DNA of 64,000 nucleotides from Euglena gracilis (taxonomy: Eukaryota): the NCBI GenBank assembly GCA_039621445.1, contig CP154954.1:3105715-3169714 (forward strand), in the 5' to 3' direction. Shown one piece after another: positions 1 to 13,654 of the stretch; position 1 is the first letter of the stretch, and every line of letters begins with the position of its first letter. The translations under genes were made by a program, and so were the position numbers. The notes under the pieces were generated by a model. It made no database searches. It saw only the letters and a program-made list of their open reading frames with translations, and was not told where the DNA came from.

Positions 1-1228
1 GGCCATATTGGCCGAAAAACGGCCGTATCTCGGGCTGGGCGGGGAGTTGCGAGGAAATCAAAATACCGGTAGATGGGGCGTTCCAAGGGCTTCCATTTAG
101 GTCTTTGGTCATTTTCTTTGATTTGGCTTCATTTAGGAGATATTTTGAAAATATCGATTTTTGGGCCTGAAATGGCAGAGTCCAAAGGGGGGGGGCTTAT
201 CCAGGGGGGCGGCCGATCCTACCCAGTTTGGACCCCTTCGCACGTGAATAACTTGGTCCTGGCGGGGAGTTGGGGGTCAAACCCAGGTGATTCGGAAACT
301 AGACATCCAGTCGCTCGTGACTGAAAAAAATTTTTTTGGGAACCGGGCCGGGATCATGGTGATAATCCGCGGTTTTCACGGTCTACCCACTGGGGTGGGG
401 CGGGTGAGGAGGGGGGGTTGGACCCCCCCCCTTTTCACTGGTGGTAAGCTTCGCTCTTACTCTAAAGAGATAAGAGCTCAGCGATTCTATTATTTAGCAC
501 CTTCCAAAATTTCAACGTTTTCTCAAAGTTTTGATTTGGGAGGTTTTTGAAACAAAGAATGCCATTGAAAATCCAAAATATTTCCAAGATACAAAAATGT
601 CAGTAAAATTTGATTGTGCCAAAATTTGGTCCAATTTTTTGACCTTCGTTTTTTTTTCACCCCCCCCCCTAAAAGTACAAACTTTTAAACCTGAAATTTT
701 TGACATTTTTGTGAAAAATGTAGTTTTCCATCAAAAATCATGCATTTTGGGTTATTTTTTTTAAAAAAATTCAAAAATTTTCCCCAACCAAAATCTCCAA
801 TGTCCCAAAATTTGTAGAAAATGCTGTGGTGGGTGGGGGTGTTCGACCCCCCCCCTCCATCCAGGCCTTCCCTTTCTGCCCTGGTGATGATGAATTTTGT
901 TGGGAGTGATACACATCTTTAACAGAGCCATAGACAAAATTGATCCTGATAAATTGGGCGACCAGAACTCAGACGGTTTTTGGGAAGACATCCAATTTTT
1001 TTGGGCTTGAGGTAAATTTGAGCCTTTTCCATTCTTTTTTTTTTTAGAAAAAAGCACGGAAAAATTTGAAACAAAAATGTAACAATTGTGCGCCAATTTT
1101 TTGCAACCTTTTTTGGCTACGAATTCCCGCTGGCAGCATTTTTTTTTGTCGCTGATATCTCCAGAAAGCCTCATACACAGCCTCTCCAGCCGTGAGACCA
1201 CACCTGGCAGCGGCATCGATCCTTGCAA

Positions 1229-1321
1229 GGCTGGTGCCAGAAGGACAATGCGTACAACAACAACCTGGTGCAGGTGAAGCAGCTGGAGGGCTATGCACAG
1301 GAGATGTGTCCGCCCAAGTGA
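1229..1321 (+). CDS. Candidate terminal exon of an unidentified host gene (…GWCQKDNAYNNNLVQVKQLEGYAQEMCPPK*)
   Basis: Short GC3-rich reading frame ending in TGA at 1319-1321. No homology recognised and the 5' boundary is approximate. Confidence 0.25.
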   Translation, partial: GWCQKDNAYNNNLVQVKQLEGYAQEMCPPK

Positions 1322-1389
1322 TCCAGACCACTCCACTTGACGAATTACAAAACCACCGCAACGTTTGAACATCCTGGCGTTTCGCCTCA

Positions 1390-1860
1390 AGCCCATCTGA
1401 GCTCGCAAAACAACAAAATTTTTGAGAAGGGAGGCCCCGCTTAGTGCTGCCTCGGAGTGCGCTGTCGATGTGGCTCCGACGTGGCGACGGGGCTTCTTGC
1501 TCCTGGCCCCTTTGCCCCCCCCCCTGGCCCCCACTGTCTGCCGATCGAGAGCTTTTGAAAATAAATTTTCTTTTACGGGCGGGGGGGGGGGCGTCGGGCT
1601 CACAAGGTCTTCAGGCTGGGCCCTCGGTGTCCCTTCCTCCCTTATCGGTCTGCCTCGACGGGATGCGAGACACATCGGGCTCCACGCTTTGCCCCTGTAA
1701 GGCCTGATTTTTCACCGAAAATTAGGGGGCCAGGGCATTTTCCAAGGCACCTTTGGCACCAACGTTGACTTCAAAAGCCTCCATCCCCCTCTTCTGACCA
1801 ATCTCAAAACTTCTTTTGCGGAAAGGCCCAATTTTTTGAGCAAACCAACCCCTTCCATCT
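1390..1860 (-). mobile_element. Degenerate 3' end of a DIRS element (family 2): YR C-terminus, ICR, partial right ITR
   Basis: The reverse complement matches 17850-18300 (EIGQ…GALENALAP vs EIGQW…GALEHALPP). An ICR-like junction 'cgggatgcga|gacacatcgggctcc' lies at ~1660-1685. Confidence 0.7.
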
Positions 1861-2067
1861 GGTGGAGGGGGCCCCCCGCACCCGGGGAAAAATTCTCTTC
1901 GATAAAAGGTCTTGCGTCTGCACGGATGGCCTGACAAGGGGGTCACTTGGTGTTTGTGCTTCGCCCTCGGTGTCCCTTCCTCCCCTCTTGGTCTTGCCTC
2001 GGGTGGGTGCGAATCAAAATGGAGCCCCCTGGTCTCAAGAGTGAACGTATCGCAGCCACAAAAGACA

Positions 2068-2430
2068 CGGACTCCCACGAGACAGGAAGGGGGAGGAAGG
2101 GATGGCGAGGTCCTGCTGTCCTTGCCGGCTGCTCTGCTCTGGTGTGTTTGTGCGTGCACGGGGGGTGCATCTTACTGCGGCTTTGTTGCCGGAGTTGGCG
2201 ATGATGAAGGTTCCTCCGACACCTTGGCGAAGTTGAACCGGCGGTCGTTTGGTGGGGGGGCCCCCGCGGAGGTGGGGATGGCTGTCTCTTTCTGGCGTGT
2301 TTCTGGGTGTGTGGTTGTGGCTGCTTGGTCGGGGGCCTCCTTTCTGGCTGTGAGGTCTTTCTTTTTCTGCTGATTTTTCGGTGGCAGTTGGGCCCCCCAT
2401 CTTCTTGTGCTTCGCCCTCTTGGTCGATTC
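2068..2430 (-). mobile_element. 3' terminus of a family-1 DIRS element (YR tail, right ITR, right extension)
   Basis: The translation DQEGEAQEDGGPN…SRKRKTSQPE…PPTKQPQP matches the tail of ORF 24535-26643. The DNA at 2068-2240 is the reverse complement of ~26575-26770. Confidence 0.85.
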
Positions 2431-3659
2431 CTCTGTTTGGTTTGGCCCGGCTGCTTTTGGCTTGCAGTCCTCCGGCCGCGGCTGTGGTGTTGGGACCGGA
2501 GGTGTATTTTTGCCCTTCTTGACGCCGGCCGCACCGAGCGGTTGGTAGAAAGGGAAATAATTTGGGTGGTGAAAACCCTCGACCACTTGTGAGGGAAAGG
2601 AGTGGATTTTTGGTGGGGGAGAAGGCTAAGCCCCGCGGTTTGACTTGTGCGGAGTCGACCAAGCCCCCCCCCCCCAACGTGAGGGGCGGAGGTCATATTT
2701 TGAATGGTCGGCAAAGCGTATTTTTTGGGATTTTTTAGGGTGAGCGCAAGACGGGATCAGTTTTGTCCTTTACCCAGTGCTTCCCTTAGACGCCCAAGGC
2801 GCTGCTTGGGTTTATATGCTATTTTTATAGGCAAGGGGCAATTTTTATACGCTAAAAGCGGCAATGGGTGTGGGAAGTGACGCAAGGCCACGCAACTCCA
2901 AATTTTGGGTTGGAGAAGTGTGTGCGAAAAGGGTTATGGACCTGGGGGATTGAATACACCATGCCTTGGGTAGCGTGGTGGTGAGCGCCCGGCTGGGAGC
3001 CGGGCGCGCATACCTGGGATGGGTGTGGGGGAGATGACGCAGAAAAGCGCGCAATGAGCGCGGTGGGAAAGGGTTGTGCATACTCCCCCCCTTTCAAATC
3101 TCAGGTGGGTCTTTTTGGTCACATTATCTGGATCATCTGATTATCATCAATCAAATCTTTTGATCACATTATCCTGGATAATTGATTATTTGGCTGTTTG
3201 GCATTGACATTTGGCGTTGTCAAGGTTTGGTGTTGACAGGAATAAGTTGCACGTCGCACCTACCCACGCACCTCGAACACTTCCCAAAATACTTCCCTCA
3301 ATGTCTTCCATCTTTTGTGCAATCATTTCTTTTATTTTAGAAAATGGACACCCAATTGAAAAGGGAAATGCGCAAGAGGGCAAAGGAAATGGGGAAGAAA
3401 CGCCGGCGGGAGGAGCGACACCTCCTCATGGCGGTGTGTTGGGTTGCCAGAAAAAGGGGATCTGGGTTGGGGAGGAGAACCTAGAAATGGGTGGTTGGGC
3501 TCAGGCAACAGGGATGCGAGGCCGGGTAGGTTGATCGATCCACGCAACCTAGGGGCAACGGAGGCACCGAAGGTCCCTCCGCGTTAGGACTTAACATTGG
3601 GTTGACCCGCTGGCTCCCACCTTTGCCTTCCTTGGGCTTTGAATTCCTTTCACAGCACA

Positions 3660-4010
3660 ACAGTGATCTTGAATTCAATTTCTTGTTTTTATTGTGAATT
3701 CGCATACACAAGAACCCTCTGTAAGATTGAGTTAGAAATTGGGGGAGATCGATTTGAGGCTTTGCTTAACTAGGAATTTGCTCTGTTCCTACCGACCGGA
3801 AAAATTCGGCCGACTGGTCCAGGAAATTTCGCCAGTTGAGGCCGGAAATGCCAAAATAGCGGTTCAGGCTTCAAATGCCTACAGAACATTTTCCGAATTT
3901 TAATTCGACTGAAATCCAAAATTGGGAATTTAAGTGATTTTCCAAGCCCTAGGACCAATTTAGGTCAAATTGTTGGTTAAGGACCCCTAACACTCTCCCA
4001 CTAAGAAAAA
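3660..4010 (-). mobile_element. Degenerate retroelement fragment shared with 7350-7590 and 12960-13040
   Basis: Shared motifs 'catacacaagaacc…tttgaggcttt…ttaacta…tttgctctg' and 'agaacatt…ttttaattcgact'. Confidence 0.5.
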
Positions 4011-4061
4011 TCTTTGTCAAGTTTGACATTACTTTTATGACAATTTTTGCCAAGTTTGAAA

Positions 4062-5420
4062 TTACTTTCCTTGCACCTCCGCTGTACCGTTGGCTTGTTG
4101 GTGATACGCTTGCGCCTTTGCGCTTCGTATTGCCATGTAACCGCAAATCGTGAGCCACCATGCCCCTGAAAATTGGGGGCCTTGGTCATTTGTGATGACA
4201 GGTTGCAAGCCGAATAAAGCACCCCACCGATTAAACATTTCCTTAGCCACTGCCTCAGCCGTACACCTTTTTCTCCTATGGGGTGTCACTCTTGTCCAAC
4301 CGCTTAGGCAATCTACACAAACCGCCATGCAATAGAATGCTTGCCCGTCAAATTTTACATGAGGTATGTTAAAGAGGTCGATCGAAACACTTGACCCCAA
4401 GAAGGTTGGTATATTGGTTGGACGCAAAGGCCCCTTTAAAGAAAAACGCGGGGGGCTGTGCACTTGACAAATTTCGCACATTTTAGAAACCAACAAAGTG
4501 ATTTCCTTTGCCCCCACCGAAGTTGAAAAATGAAAATGTTTTGTCATTTCCAACCACAGCCTTTTCCCACCAACATGTCCCACGTGGGCGACATACTCCC
4601 GGACAAAAGGTCCACAGGTGGGTACACACAAAAGTCTTTGGAAAAAGAGCCGGTTGTCCAAAATTTGAAATTTTTCTGGCCAATATTCTGAATGGGGTGT
4701 GTGTACCTCCTCCCAAATATCCTTAAAATACACACACTGTGCATACAAAGTGGACCAATCCTGGTGCGTCACAGGTTCCTTGGACAAATTTTCGTCCTCC
4801 TCCCCTTGATTTTCAGGGCCATCAAGGAGAAAATGCTGACCGCGAAAGTTTTCCGTGTCCCTCCCTTTCTCCACTTCATTGCCCATGACATCCACATATC
4901 TACAGGGGAGATCATTTTTTCCCACACCGAAATCTGCCTTGAAAAATCAAAAGCAACAACTTCACCGTTTTTATGCAAGCGAACAACCATGTAATGTCAT
5001 TCCATTTTTCTCTCTTTTTCCAAAACATCAGCCAATTTACTTTCATCCCAATCCGACCCATGCCATGAAACATCCGTAAAACTTTGTGATGCGGGGTAAG
5101 CCCACCTTGTCATACAATCAGCGGGTAGGTGTTGCTTACCGGGTACATACGCTACGTTAAGCAAAAATTTGCTAAGTTTTTGGTGGCACCGTGCCCTGCG
5201 GCTTGACGGTCCCGCCGGGTCCGCAAGAGTCTCGGTGACCCAAGACTCAAGGGCCTGTCCGTCAAAACGAGGACCTGTTGCAGGCCTATCCACCCTGCCC
5301 TTTTTTGAAGGGCGGATACGACCGCGTATGCCTCCTTATCCCTAATGTCCCAAGTTTTTCTTGGGAAGGGGTCAATTTTCATGACATAAATGCCACGGGT
5401 ATCGTTTGCTTTATTCTCTT
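4062..5420 (-). pseudogene. Ty3/Gypsy LTR-retrotransposon pol remnant: RNase H plus integrase (frameshifted, truncated)
   Basis: RNase H motifs DKEAYAVV…LTD…AYVPGKQHLPADCMTR. Integrase HHCC (HVGHVG…CEICQ) and catalytic core (VSIDLF…VCVDCLSGW…ITNDQGPQF…AYHQQANGTAE). The RH-IN domain order is Gypsy-type. Confidence 0.9.
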
Positions 5421-5429
5421 AATTCCTCT

Positions 5430-5575
5430 TCTTTCGAATCTCTGTTCTTTTCTTGTGGGTGTCAAAGTTCAAATTAAGAATCAACCGACACTGACCCGCA
5501 CCCAAACAATCCAAACAACACCGCCGCGAACAGGCATGGCCACCCAAGGGCAAAGTGCGGAGCCCGAGGTGTCCA
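5430..5575 (-). mobile_element. Left terminus (left extension plus ITR) of a family-2 DIRS element abutting the Gypsy remnant
   Basis: 'caaacaatccaaacaacaccgcc…gggcaaagtgcggagcccgaggtgtcc' is nearly identical to 27304-27376. Confidence 0.8.
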
Positions 5576-6414
5576 GACAAACTCATGGTCAACACAAATA
5601 AAATTAGAAGACTGATTGGGGAAGATTTGAAGCCATACAACTATCAACTACATATGGAAGCAGAATTGGAAGATGGATGAACCAAAACGCCGCCTGGAGA
5701 AGCATACTTTTTACCATTAAAGCCGCAGCCGGTGGGCGAACAGGAAAACCATCAGAGCGATTTGGCCATTTTGCGGCCGAATTTTGTAGCCAAAGACTCC
5801 ACCATACTCTTTTCATGAAAACGGAGCGACGTTGGTACCGCCCCCGAAGTGACTGAAACCGTGCGAGCCCCCTAAAACGCTGTGGGCCCAATTGAGCTGC
5901 ACGTCCAAATTGTGCTGAACCCCCCGCTGGATGAAGCGAGCGTCCTTGAGTGCGGCACCACTCCAAAAAAAAAGAATTTAGACTGAGTAGAATCTGGTGC
6001 AGCTAAGTGCGGACACCTTTTTGTTAACACAGAGAGGGGAAAGGGGACAAAGTTCCACCCGATCAACTCACAGAAGTCGTCCGAAGGTACACCCATCAAC
6101 CCGTTATCCTGTTGTAATGAGAGGAAAACATGAGCATTTAAAGGCAACGAAGGCTACGCAAGGCCACAAAAGCTAAGTCAACTGTTACAGCCCACCCAGG
6201 ACAGTCCCCACTCCTGACGCTGAAACATGCCTTCACTTGAAGGAACATAATCCCCCTCCCCGAATTCTGCAACTTATTCAGCAGGTTGTATTTATTCCGG
6301 AAGCATTTCCCAGTTTCAACCCCTCCGTGCACACCACCAACCAAGATACACCCTCGGGTGGCCATAAGTGGGGAGGTGCTCCTCCCACGTGCAATTTTGG
6401 GGTGCACAGAGGTA

Positions 6415-7600
6415 CTGCTACACCCTCAAGGAAAACCGACAAGGAAGGAAGGGACAACGGGGGCGAAGCACAAACACCTTGCGAGCCCATACTTTTGCTC
6501 GCCGGCGGTGTTTTGATGGTTGCTTTGGTGCGTTTGTTTCCCTATTTTTCGTCCATTGAATCCGTTCTCCCACCTAGATGATCTTCTGGCGGCTGGGGGG
6601 GGGGGGCGGAGGAGACTTCACAGCCCATGGAGCCCCTAGGGCTTGAGCCCTTGGAAAATAAAAAGTGTTCATTCGGAGATATGCATGCGTTATGCTGGAG
6701 GATAGTTGTTGTTGTTGCACATACCATAACGACTACTGCCCCTGTTTTACCTATCTTGCCTTCTTTACGTTGATGGGGTTGATAGCCATACCGCAGAGGG
6801 GCGTCTGTGGGTCCCCCCTTGATGATTGAACATGAATAAATGCCTGTGGGGATTATAACTTTCCTGTTCCTCCTGGCTGCCCCTTGCAGGGCCATCATCC
6901 TCCTGGGGCTGGTCAGGAGGTTCCTCATTTAAATACGAAGCCCCTAGGCTTCTGGGTGGCCTGTAAAGGACCCCGTATGTGGTCATGTTGTAATTGTTGA
7001 TCCTCCTCCCCTCCTCCTCTTCTTCTTCTTCTTCTTCTGGACATTTCTGTCCCCAATGACCTTCATGATAACTTGAAAGGCCCCAATCGCCTGAAAGGTT
7101 TCTTCGTCGCCAGGCCCATTTAAATTTTTGAGGGGTTGTGTGACGCTGCCGCTTCCTCCCCGGATACGCCTCCTGGCCGGTGCCCACCGTCCCCCCTGTC
7201 GCTTTGCTTTTGCCTTGCCTTGGCTTTTTTAGAAGTCGTAAGCGTTTTTTTTTTTTTACCTTTCAGTGAACTCCGAAATTCTGAATTTATATTGAATTTG
7301 AATGGACAACTGCACTTTGTTAATTTTTTTTGTCAATTGTTCAAGGTCATACACGAGAACCCTGTGTGTCAGGAAATGATTTGGCCAACTAATTTGTAAA
7401 TTTCACCAGTTAAGGCCGCAAAGCACCAAATACGTGTTTAGTATTTTAAGTCCTGCCCAGAGAACATTACCAGAAATTTTAATTCGACTAATAATACAAA
7501 ATGGTAATTTCAGTGGTTTTTCAATCCCCAAAACCAAAAAACGGACAAATTAGATTTCAGGACCCCACAACAGTCCCACAATTAAATAAATATCAGGGAC
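6415..7600 (-). mobile_element. Family-2 DIRS right terminus (6415-6545) followed by a degenerate gag fragment
   Basis: 6420-6540 matches 26805-26920. The gag motif PQKFKWAW corresponds to PQDFKWAW (ORF 15509-15985) and PQFQWGW (ORF 11754-11951). Confidence 0.7.
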
Positions 7601-10600
7601 ATTTTTTTAAAAAAAGGAACAAAACTAATGGGTTTTATAAAAAAAGATGAAATTTTACCCTCGCGGTGTGTCTGCATTTAGTGAGAATAGGAGGAGGCAG
7701 CCAAATTGAGAGAAGGGGCAGCACAAAGGGCCACACCGCATTCCTTGGGAGAAATTGCAACGGTGGAAAGGCGTAACCTGTATGTGTGATGTGTGTGTTC
7801 AGATCACGTAAGGTTTCCTTTTTTTCGTCCAATACTATAACCCGGGGACATGACTTTACAGGAACCAAAAGCAGGTCTTGTCGCAACTTCGAAAGTTGCG
7901 CGCTGATCCGCAGTGGGGTCTCAGCATGGTTTCGCCATTCCAACCCTTGCAAACCTTTTTTTAATGACAAGCCGTTTTTCAAGAAATCTGATTCTTCTAG
8001 GTGTTTAATTGTTAGGAGAGCCTTTCTCCTAAGCAATCCCTTTTTTTCCTCTTAAGGAGATGATTCGGTGTTTTTTGGTTCGGCCGCTTTTTGTTGTTGG
8101 GGCTTTTCGCTTAGACCCGTTTTGAGGAACAAATTACTCTCTATTTTGGATCGATGCAACATTTTTTTGTTGGGAACTTTTTTTTGAATTTCATGATCTG
8201 TTGCTTGTCGCTACCAAGCAACATAAACAAGAAACAACAAAAACAACATTGAAAACCACAGGATCCTCTGAATGAAAAGTTATTGGTTCTCGAACAACCG
8301 GAACGGAAATGTGACTTACGGCCGTTTTAGTGGGAATGTGACACCAACCTGTTCCATACCACGGGACCGTCTCTCAAATCTTGGCCCCAAAATTCCACCT
8401 GTTTTTAAGAAACATTGCACTTAGAAAATATGCACAGCTTTTGCTTTTTAGAAAAAAAAGCTAAAATTGTGTGATATGCTAGATTCCTTGCCATTCAAAA
8501 AAAATGTTCCTCGGAACCAAAAATTCCTTGGGGTTCACCGACAAAATCGTTTGCCATGTCCCTGGTGTATGCAAGTTTCGCTCCCGAAAAACTCTGAAAA
8601 ACCTGCACACAGCCCTTTAAGTTTGGGTTGGATTTCACCTCCTCTCTGTAAATAACACCCTGCCGTATCTGAAAGCTATGCTGGTACAACACATCACCTT
8701 TTCGTTGGACACCTCTCCACTCACTTGCCTCCCAAAGTGTGGGGCTCATCCTCATTTTGTTCAATCCAACTTCATTATTATTTTCAACACAACACAACGG
8801 GTTAAAATAATAGATTCCACCTCTCACACTTGCCCAATGAAAATTTTTTTTTACCTTGGGTAGATTGGGCAGACTCAAAATTTCCATTGTCGCCCGTTTA
8901 ACTCATTTTGTCTTCTCTTCTCTCAATCAGGCGGAATTTTTTTTGAAAAATTCACCTTTTTCCCTTTGGAAAAATGAGGGCATGAAATTCATGTCCACCA
9001 TCCCCTCCCTTTCCTCTTTCAACAAAAAAACTGCAGTTTGATGACCGGTTCGAAAAACTTGGGGTCCAACACACACAACCTTTCGCCATGGGTCGTTAGT
9101 GAGGAGGTATTCTGGGGACAGACACAAAACCCTCCTCGTTGTATTTTTCCTTTCCGTGCACTCTCCCATGCACCTGAAAAATGACCAAATCTGGGACTTG
9201 GTGTTTTTTAATGTTACGTCCCACCACAAGTGTTTCCACCAAAACGGTGAAATGAATTTTGAAGCCAGGCATGTTGTAATTGCACCAAAACCCGGACACA
9301 AATGGTTTGTTAATCCCTCCACCGTTTCCGGAAAAATTTTGTAGTCAAAATGACCATATTGACAAAAAAAACGGGCAAAAAAATCACCCCTTCAAAAATG
9401 TCACGGTCCTTCAAAAGGATGTTTCGGGGGAGATGTAATGAAGATTCTGGGGGGTTGTATAAATTGGGTGTTGGAAAGTGTTATTTTTGTGCGACAATCG
9501 GCATAATCTAAATTTACTTCACACGTGGTGGGGTCTTCATTGTGTTTTGTACAAAGCACGGATGGAAAATTTAAGTCCACACACCATCCTGTTTGTGCTC
9601 TCGCAGAGACCTCCCCAACGTTTGATACTTTTGACCCGAAAAAAACGCTGGACGCTGTCCGCAATGGTATTTGACTGAGGCACAAATATTTTCTGTGACA
9701 AAATTTTGTGCTGGGGAAACTTGAACAAAAGTGATGCCCCTGACGTTCTCCACCACTTTTTCATTGGATTTTGACTGTTTACCTAACTTTGTCATTAAAA
9801 TTGGTCTTCCCTGCCCACTTGCCTCGTTGTCCTCCCCAATGGGCTTGATGCACAGAATTGGGTGCTGTGGGAGCTTAATTCTCATCTAGAATTTTTTGTG
9901 CAACAGTTGGAGGCGTTATTCCCAACCTTACCACAACACTTACACGGTGCTCTTAGTGCACAGGTGGTGGTGGTTTGTGGTTTGGGATCGGTGATAATTT
10001 CACAGCTGAAAATTGTTTTGACAACTCCTCCTTTTTGAGGATTTCCGGTTTAATTTAAAGAAAAGTTCTTCTTTCGTGTTTTTTTTTTAATACATTTGGT
10101 CACCTCCAACCAAACGAGGGGTGGACTGGGACACCTGAATCATTTAAATTCCATCTCTTTTTTCACAAAAATCTCGGTTTCCTTTCCATGATTTGAGCTG
10201 GGGGAAATAAAAATCGCTTGGGGAGAACAAAAAGTTTGAAACATTTCCGGAAATAACAAACCTCCTGAGTGAAAGAGGCAACGTTCTATCCCATGCCATT
10301 TTGTTTCTTTTTTTTTCATCGTTCTTGTTCTCATTCGTCCGTTTTTGTGAAAAATATGGGGAACTTACTGTCTTAGCACATCACAGGTGTCTGTAAGAGA
10401 GTCAGTTTTTACAAAAGATTGAAGCATAAAACTATATCCAAATGTTTGCATCCTTCGCTAAACAATTGTGTTAAAAATACTTTGAAAATAACGGAAGAAA
10501 ATTAAATGTTCCGCGTGAAACCAAAAGCCGTGAAAGGGGAGTGAAAAGCGTTGTGGGTTGTGTAACAGTAACGCTCAAAGTGTGGCTTTGCCACAGGGGT

Positions 10601-11151
10601 ATTGACCACTTTATGGTCCTCCTCCCCTTTGGGCAAGGCCTCCACTCCAGCACTGTTGCCCAAAAACCGTTCCCCTTACCTCTGGGCCTAGGTTACCGAG
10701 TAGGAAGCGACAGGAGAATTTTTTTTTAAAAAAAAAACAACCCACTCTCATCTTTCAGTACCAACCCTCTTAACTCTCTGTCCACTGTCGGGAGGGCTGT
10801 GGTGGCGGCATCAGGTGGCGCACTCCCCCGCACCGCTTGTGGTGGCAGTGCAGGTGGGCCCAGCAGCAGGGGCAACGAGCACAGCCTCCCCAATGCCATG
10901 GATGCTGTCTGAAAATTTTGGCCGTTTTTAAAATTAACTGCCGGGGACGGGGATAGAAACTGTTCCTCCTCCCCACAAATTTGTGAATGCACGCGTTTGG
11001 TAAAATTTTGACCCTACAATTGTGAAAATATTTCCCCAAGCCCAAAATTCTGAGTAGAGTCGGTGTGGTGTTTGGAAAAAAAGAAAATGAAATTGAATGA
11101 AATGCCTGGGGAATGGAGTTCTCGCCCTGACGGGCCTCCTTCTTCCCGAAA

Positions 11152-12600
11152 CCTCGGGCTCCGCAATTTGTCATTGTGAAACCATGCCTTGGTCGTTCGC
11201 CATGTTTTTTTTTGGTTTCTTCAGGTGCGCTGAGTAATGAGTCCTTGCTGAGTGCCTTTTTTTCGCCGGAGTTGTCTGCTTCTTAAGTTGCCCGTCGACA
11301 ACCAGAAGAAAGGAAAGGCGTTCACGATGAAGGACCCAGAAAAGAAGTCAATATCAATTCAATATCCAGAAGGGAAGGAAACAGACGAATATCAAACTTG
11401 ACTTCAGTGAGCAATGCAGTAGCAAATTCATTGGATTTTTATGGCCGCGGACGTCCTGGAGCAGTGGCCGCTGCAGCTGGAGATCTTGGAGATGCGGTCG
11501 ACACGTGGCACGCCGTTGCCATTATTTTCCCCAGAACCCCAACCCAGAAATTTCCATGCCCAAAAACCTCCCAGTCGGTCCTTGGACCACGGTGGCCAGA
11601 CGGCCCACAATGCAGAAGTCAGCCCCAGCCCTTGGCTGACAAAGGATGGGCCATGGGGGCACAAAATGCTCCATGATTGGACATTTAAGGCCCAAAAACC
11701 AGGGGAATCTCATCCAAAGGTGCCCAGTCGCCTGATGAAAAATTAGAAAAACGATGGGGAGACGTAATCAAGGCCAAGGCGGTCACCACTACAGGGGCCA
11801 TGGGGGCCAGTTTTCCAAGCAAATACCCCGGGAAGCGGCGGAAAAGGTCTGTCAAACCCTCTCAGTTCATCTGACAAAAAAAACCCCTCTCAAGGAGGAA
11901 AGAGGGGGCACAACAGCCCCCCAGTTCCAGTGGGGTTGGAGGGCAGGATGACCTCTAGACCTGGAAGGCCAACTGCTGCATTATGGAAACAGTTTTACAC
12001 ACGGAGGCCTTGGAGGACAGCAGGGTGGATCCACACTGGCCACCAAGTCGCTAAGGATCATCATCTCACAGCTGCCTGATAATTCCACCAAAAGGACCCA
12101 TCAGTGCAAAAAAAGGGGGAAAAGGGGACAAATAGTGGAAATTTTAATGAACCAGCCACAGGAGGAAAGGGGGCCCACAGTTACCCTTTCAATGACCCAG
12201 CCGCAGGAGGAAAAGTGACCCACAGTAACCCTTTTATAGGGAGGGGCAGGAACTCCTCAAAAGTTTATTTATTAATTCCCGATGATTCAATCAAGGGGGG
12301 ACCGCAAAGGACGCTCTATGGTATGTGAACTAACCACATCAACACGGAAATGACCAGATATGCAAAACAGGGGCATTAAGCCCCATGGTGTGTCTTCTAA
12401 CAACAGGATCCTCCGGAGAGTTGAACAGAGAGGGAGAGAGTACATGCACATCCCCAGAAAAATATTATTTTTCCAAGGGCCCAAGCCCTAGGGGACCTTG
12501 TGGTGCAATGTCGTCAAAGAATGAACTTCAGAGTCTGAGGTCCTTGGAGGACAGACTGTCTGGGGTTGGTGTTTGGGAAACTCCTCCTCCCCAACCGTAT
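11152..12600 (+). mobile_element. Degenerate DIRS 5' part: left extension/ITR, 5' UTR, gag
   Basis: Starts 'cctcgggctccgca'. The ITR core 'gtgccttttt…cgccggagttg' and the gag N-terminal motif LQLEILEMRSTRGTP are present. Confidence 0.75.
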
Positions 12601-12699
12601 CTGTCTAATTCCTCCTTATCTTCGGATTCTTTATGAATGATGCTGCGGGTGGCGTGTACACACACAGTTGTCGTGTGTTTTGTGTCTGCAGCACGCCAC

Positions 12700-13501
12700 T
12701 GCACCTGTTAATGTGACTTGAGCTTTTTCTTCTTCTTCTTGCTTGGGGAGGCCATGTTGGACTTGTGTGTGGCGGGGCCGTTTCCCCCCGGTTCCGCCTC
12801 CTGGCTAGTCCCCGACGACCACCCTGTCGCTTTGCTTTTTCTTTGCCTTTTCGTTTTACGAAGTCCGGAAGAATTCTTTTGGAACTTTCAGTGAAATGTG
12901 AAATTTTAATTTTTTTTGAATTCCATTCACAAATCACTTTGCCAATTTTTTAATTAATTGTTGAAGTTCATACACAAGAACCTTGTGTGTGGAATGGTTT
13001 GAAATTGGTTTGTTCATTTTGAGGCTTTCCTTAACTATGAGTTTGCTCTGAACCTACCGTGGTCATCACTTTGGGGTGTCTGGTTTTTGGAAATTTTTCT
13101 GGGAAACTTTCTTTTGTCGCTGGGCAGCCACGGTTAGCCACAGTCGTCCTGCGCTGTCGCGTTGTCCAGCTAGTGCTCTTGCTGCTCTGTCTTGAAGGTC
13201 TCCAACGCTATTCGTCTTGGAAGTTGCATCTTTCATTGAAAAACTTAAACAATTTCTGCTTTTAGGTTCAGGAGCGTCCCTTCTGAAACATTTGAATTGA
13301 TTGATTGTCTTCTCTGTCCAATTGAAAAGGTTTTGAGGTTCTTTTATTTTTGGCGTCAAAGTAAAAATTAAGAACCAGCCAGCTCCGGCAAAAAAGGCAC
13401 TAAGCGGAACCTCCTAACCTAACTCACCAGACCAATCGACGCAGCACCGCCGGCGAGCATGGCATGGCTCACAAGGACAAAGTTCAGAGCCCGAGATGTC
13501 C
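12700..13501 (-). mobile_element. Degenerate DIRS 5' part on the minus strand (convergent with 11152-12600)
   Basis: 13375-13501 is a diverged copy of the left ITR/extension. 12760-12990 matches 7135-7370. Confidence 0.75.
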
Positions 13502-13654
13502 AGGAGTTCAAAAAATTTCAGTTAGTCAACGGAGCTGCGTCTGCTACCTTTTTTATGGTCCTCCGGAGGGGTCGGATGGTGTGCACCGCCCCTGGCTGTG
13601 CCGGGTTTGGCATGAGCAAGTCCCATGAGCAGCCGTAAAAACCCGCAGATACGC

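Noticed and set aside
2700-3100. Possible plus-strand YR remnant (RVMDLG…RWERVVHTP)
   Set aside because: Too degenerate to support as a feature without alignment.
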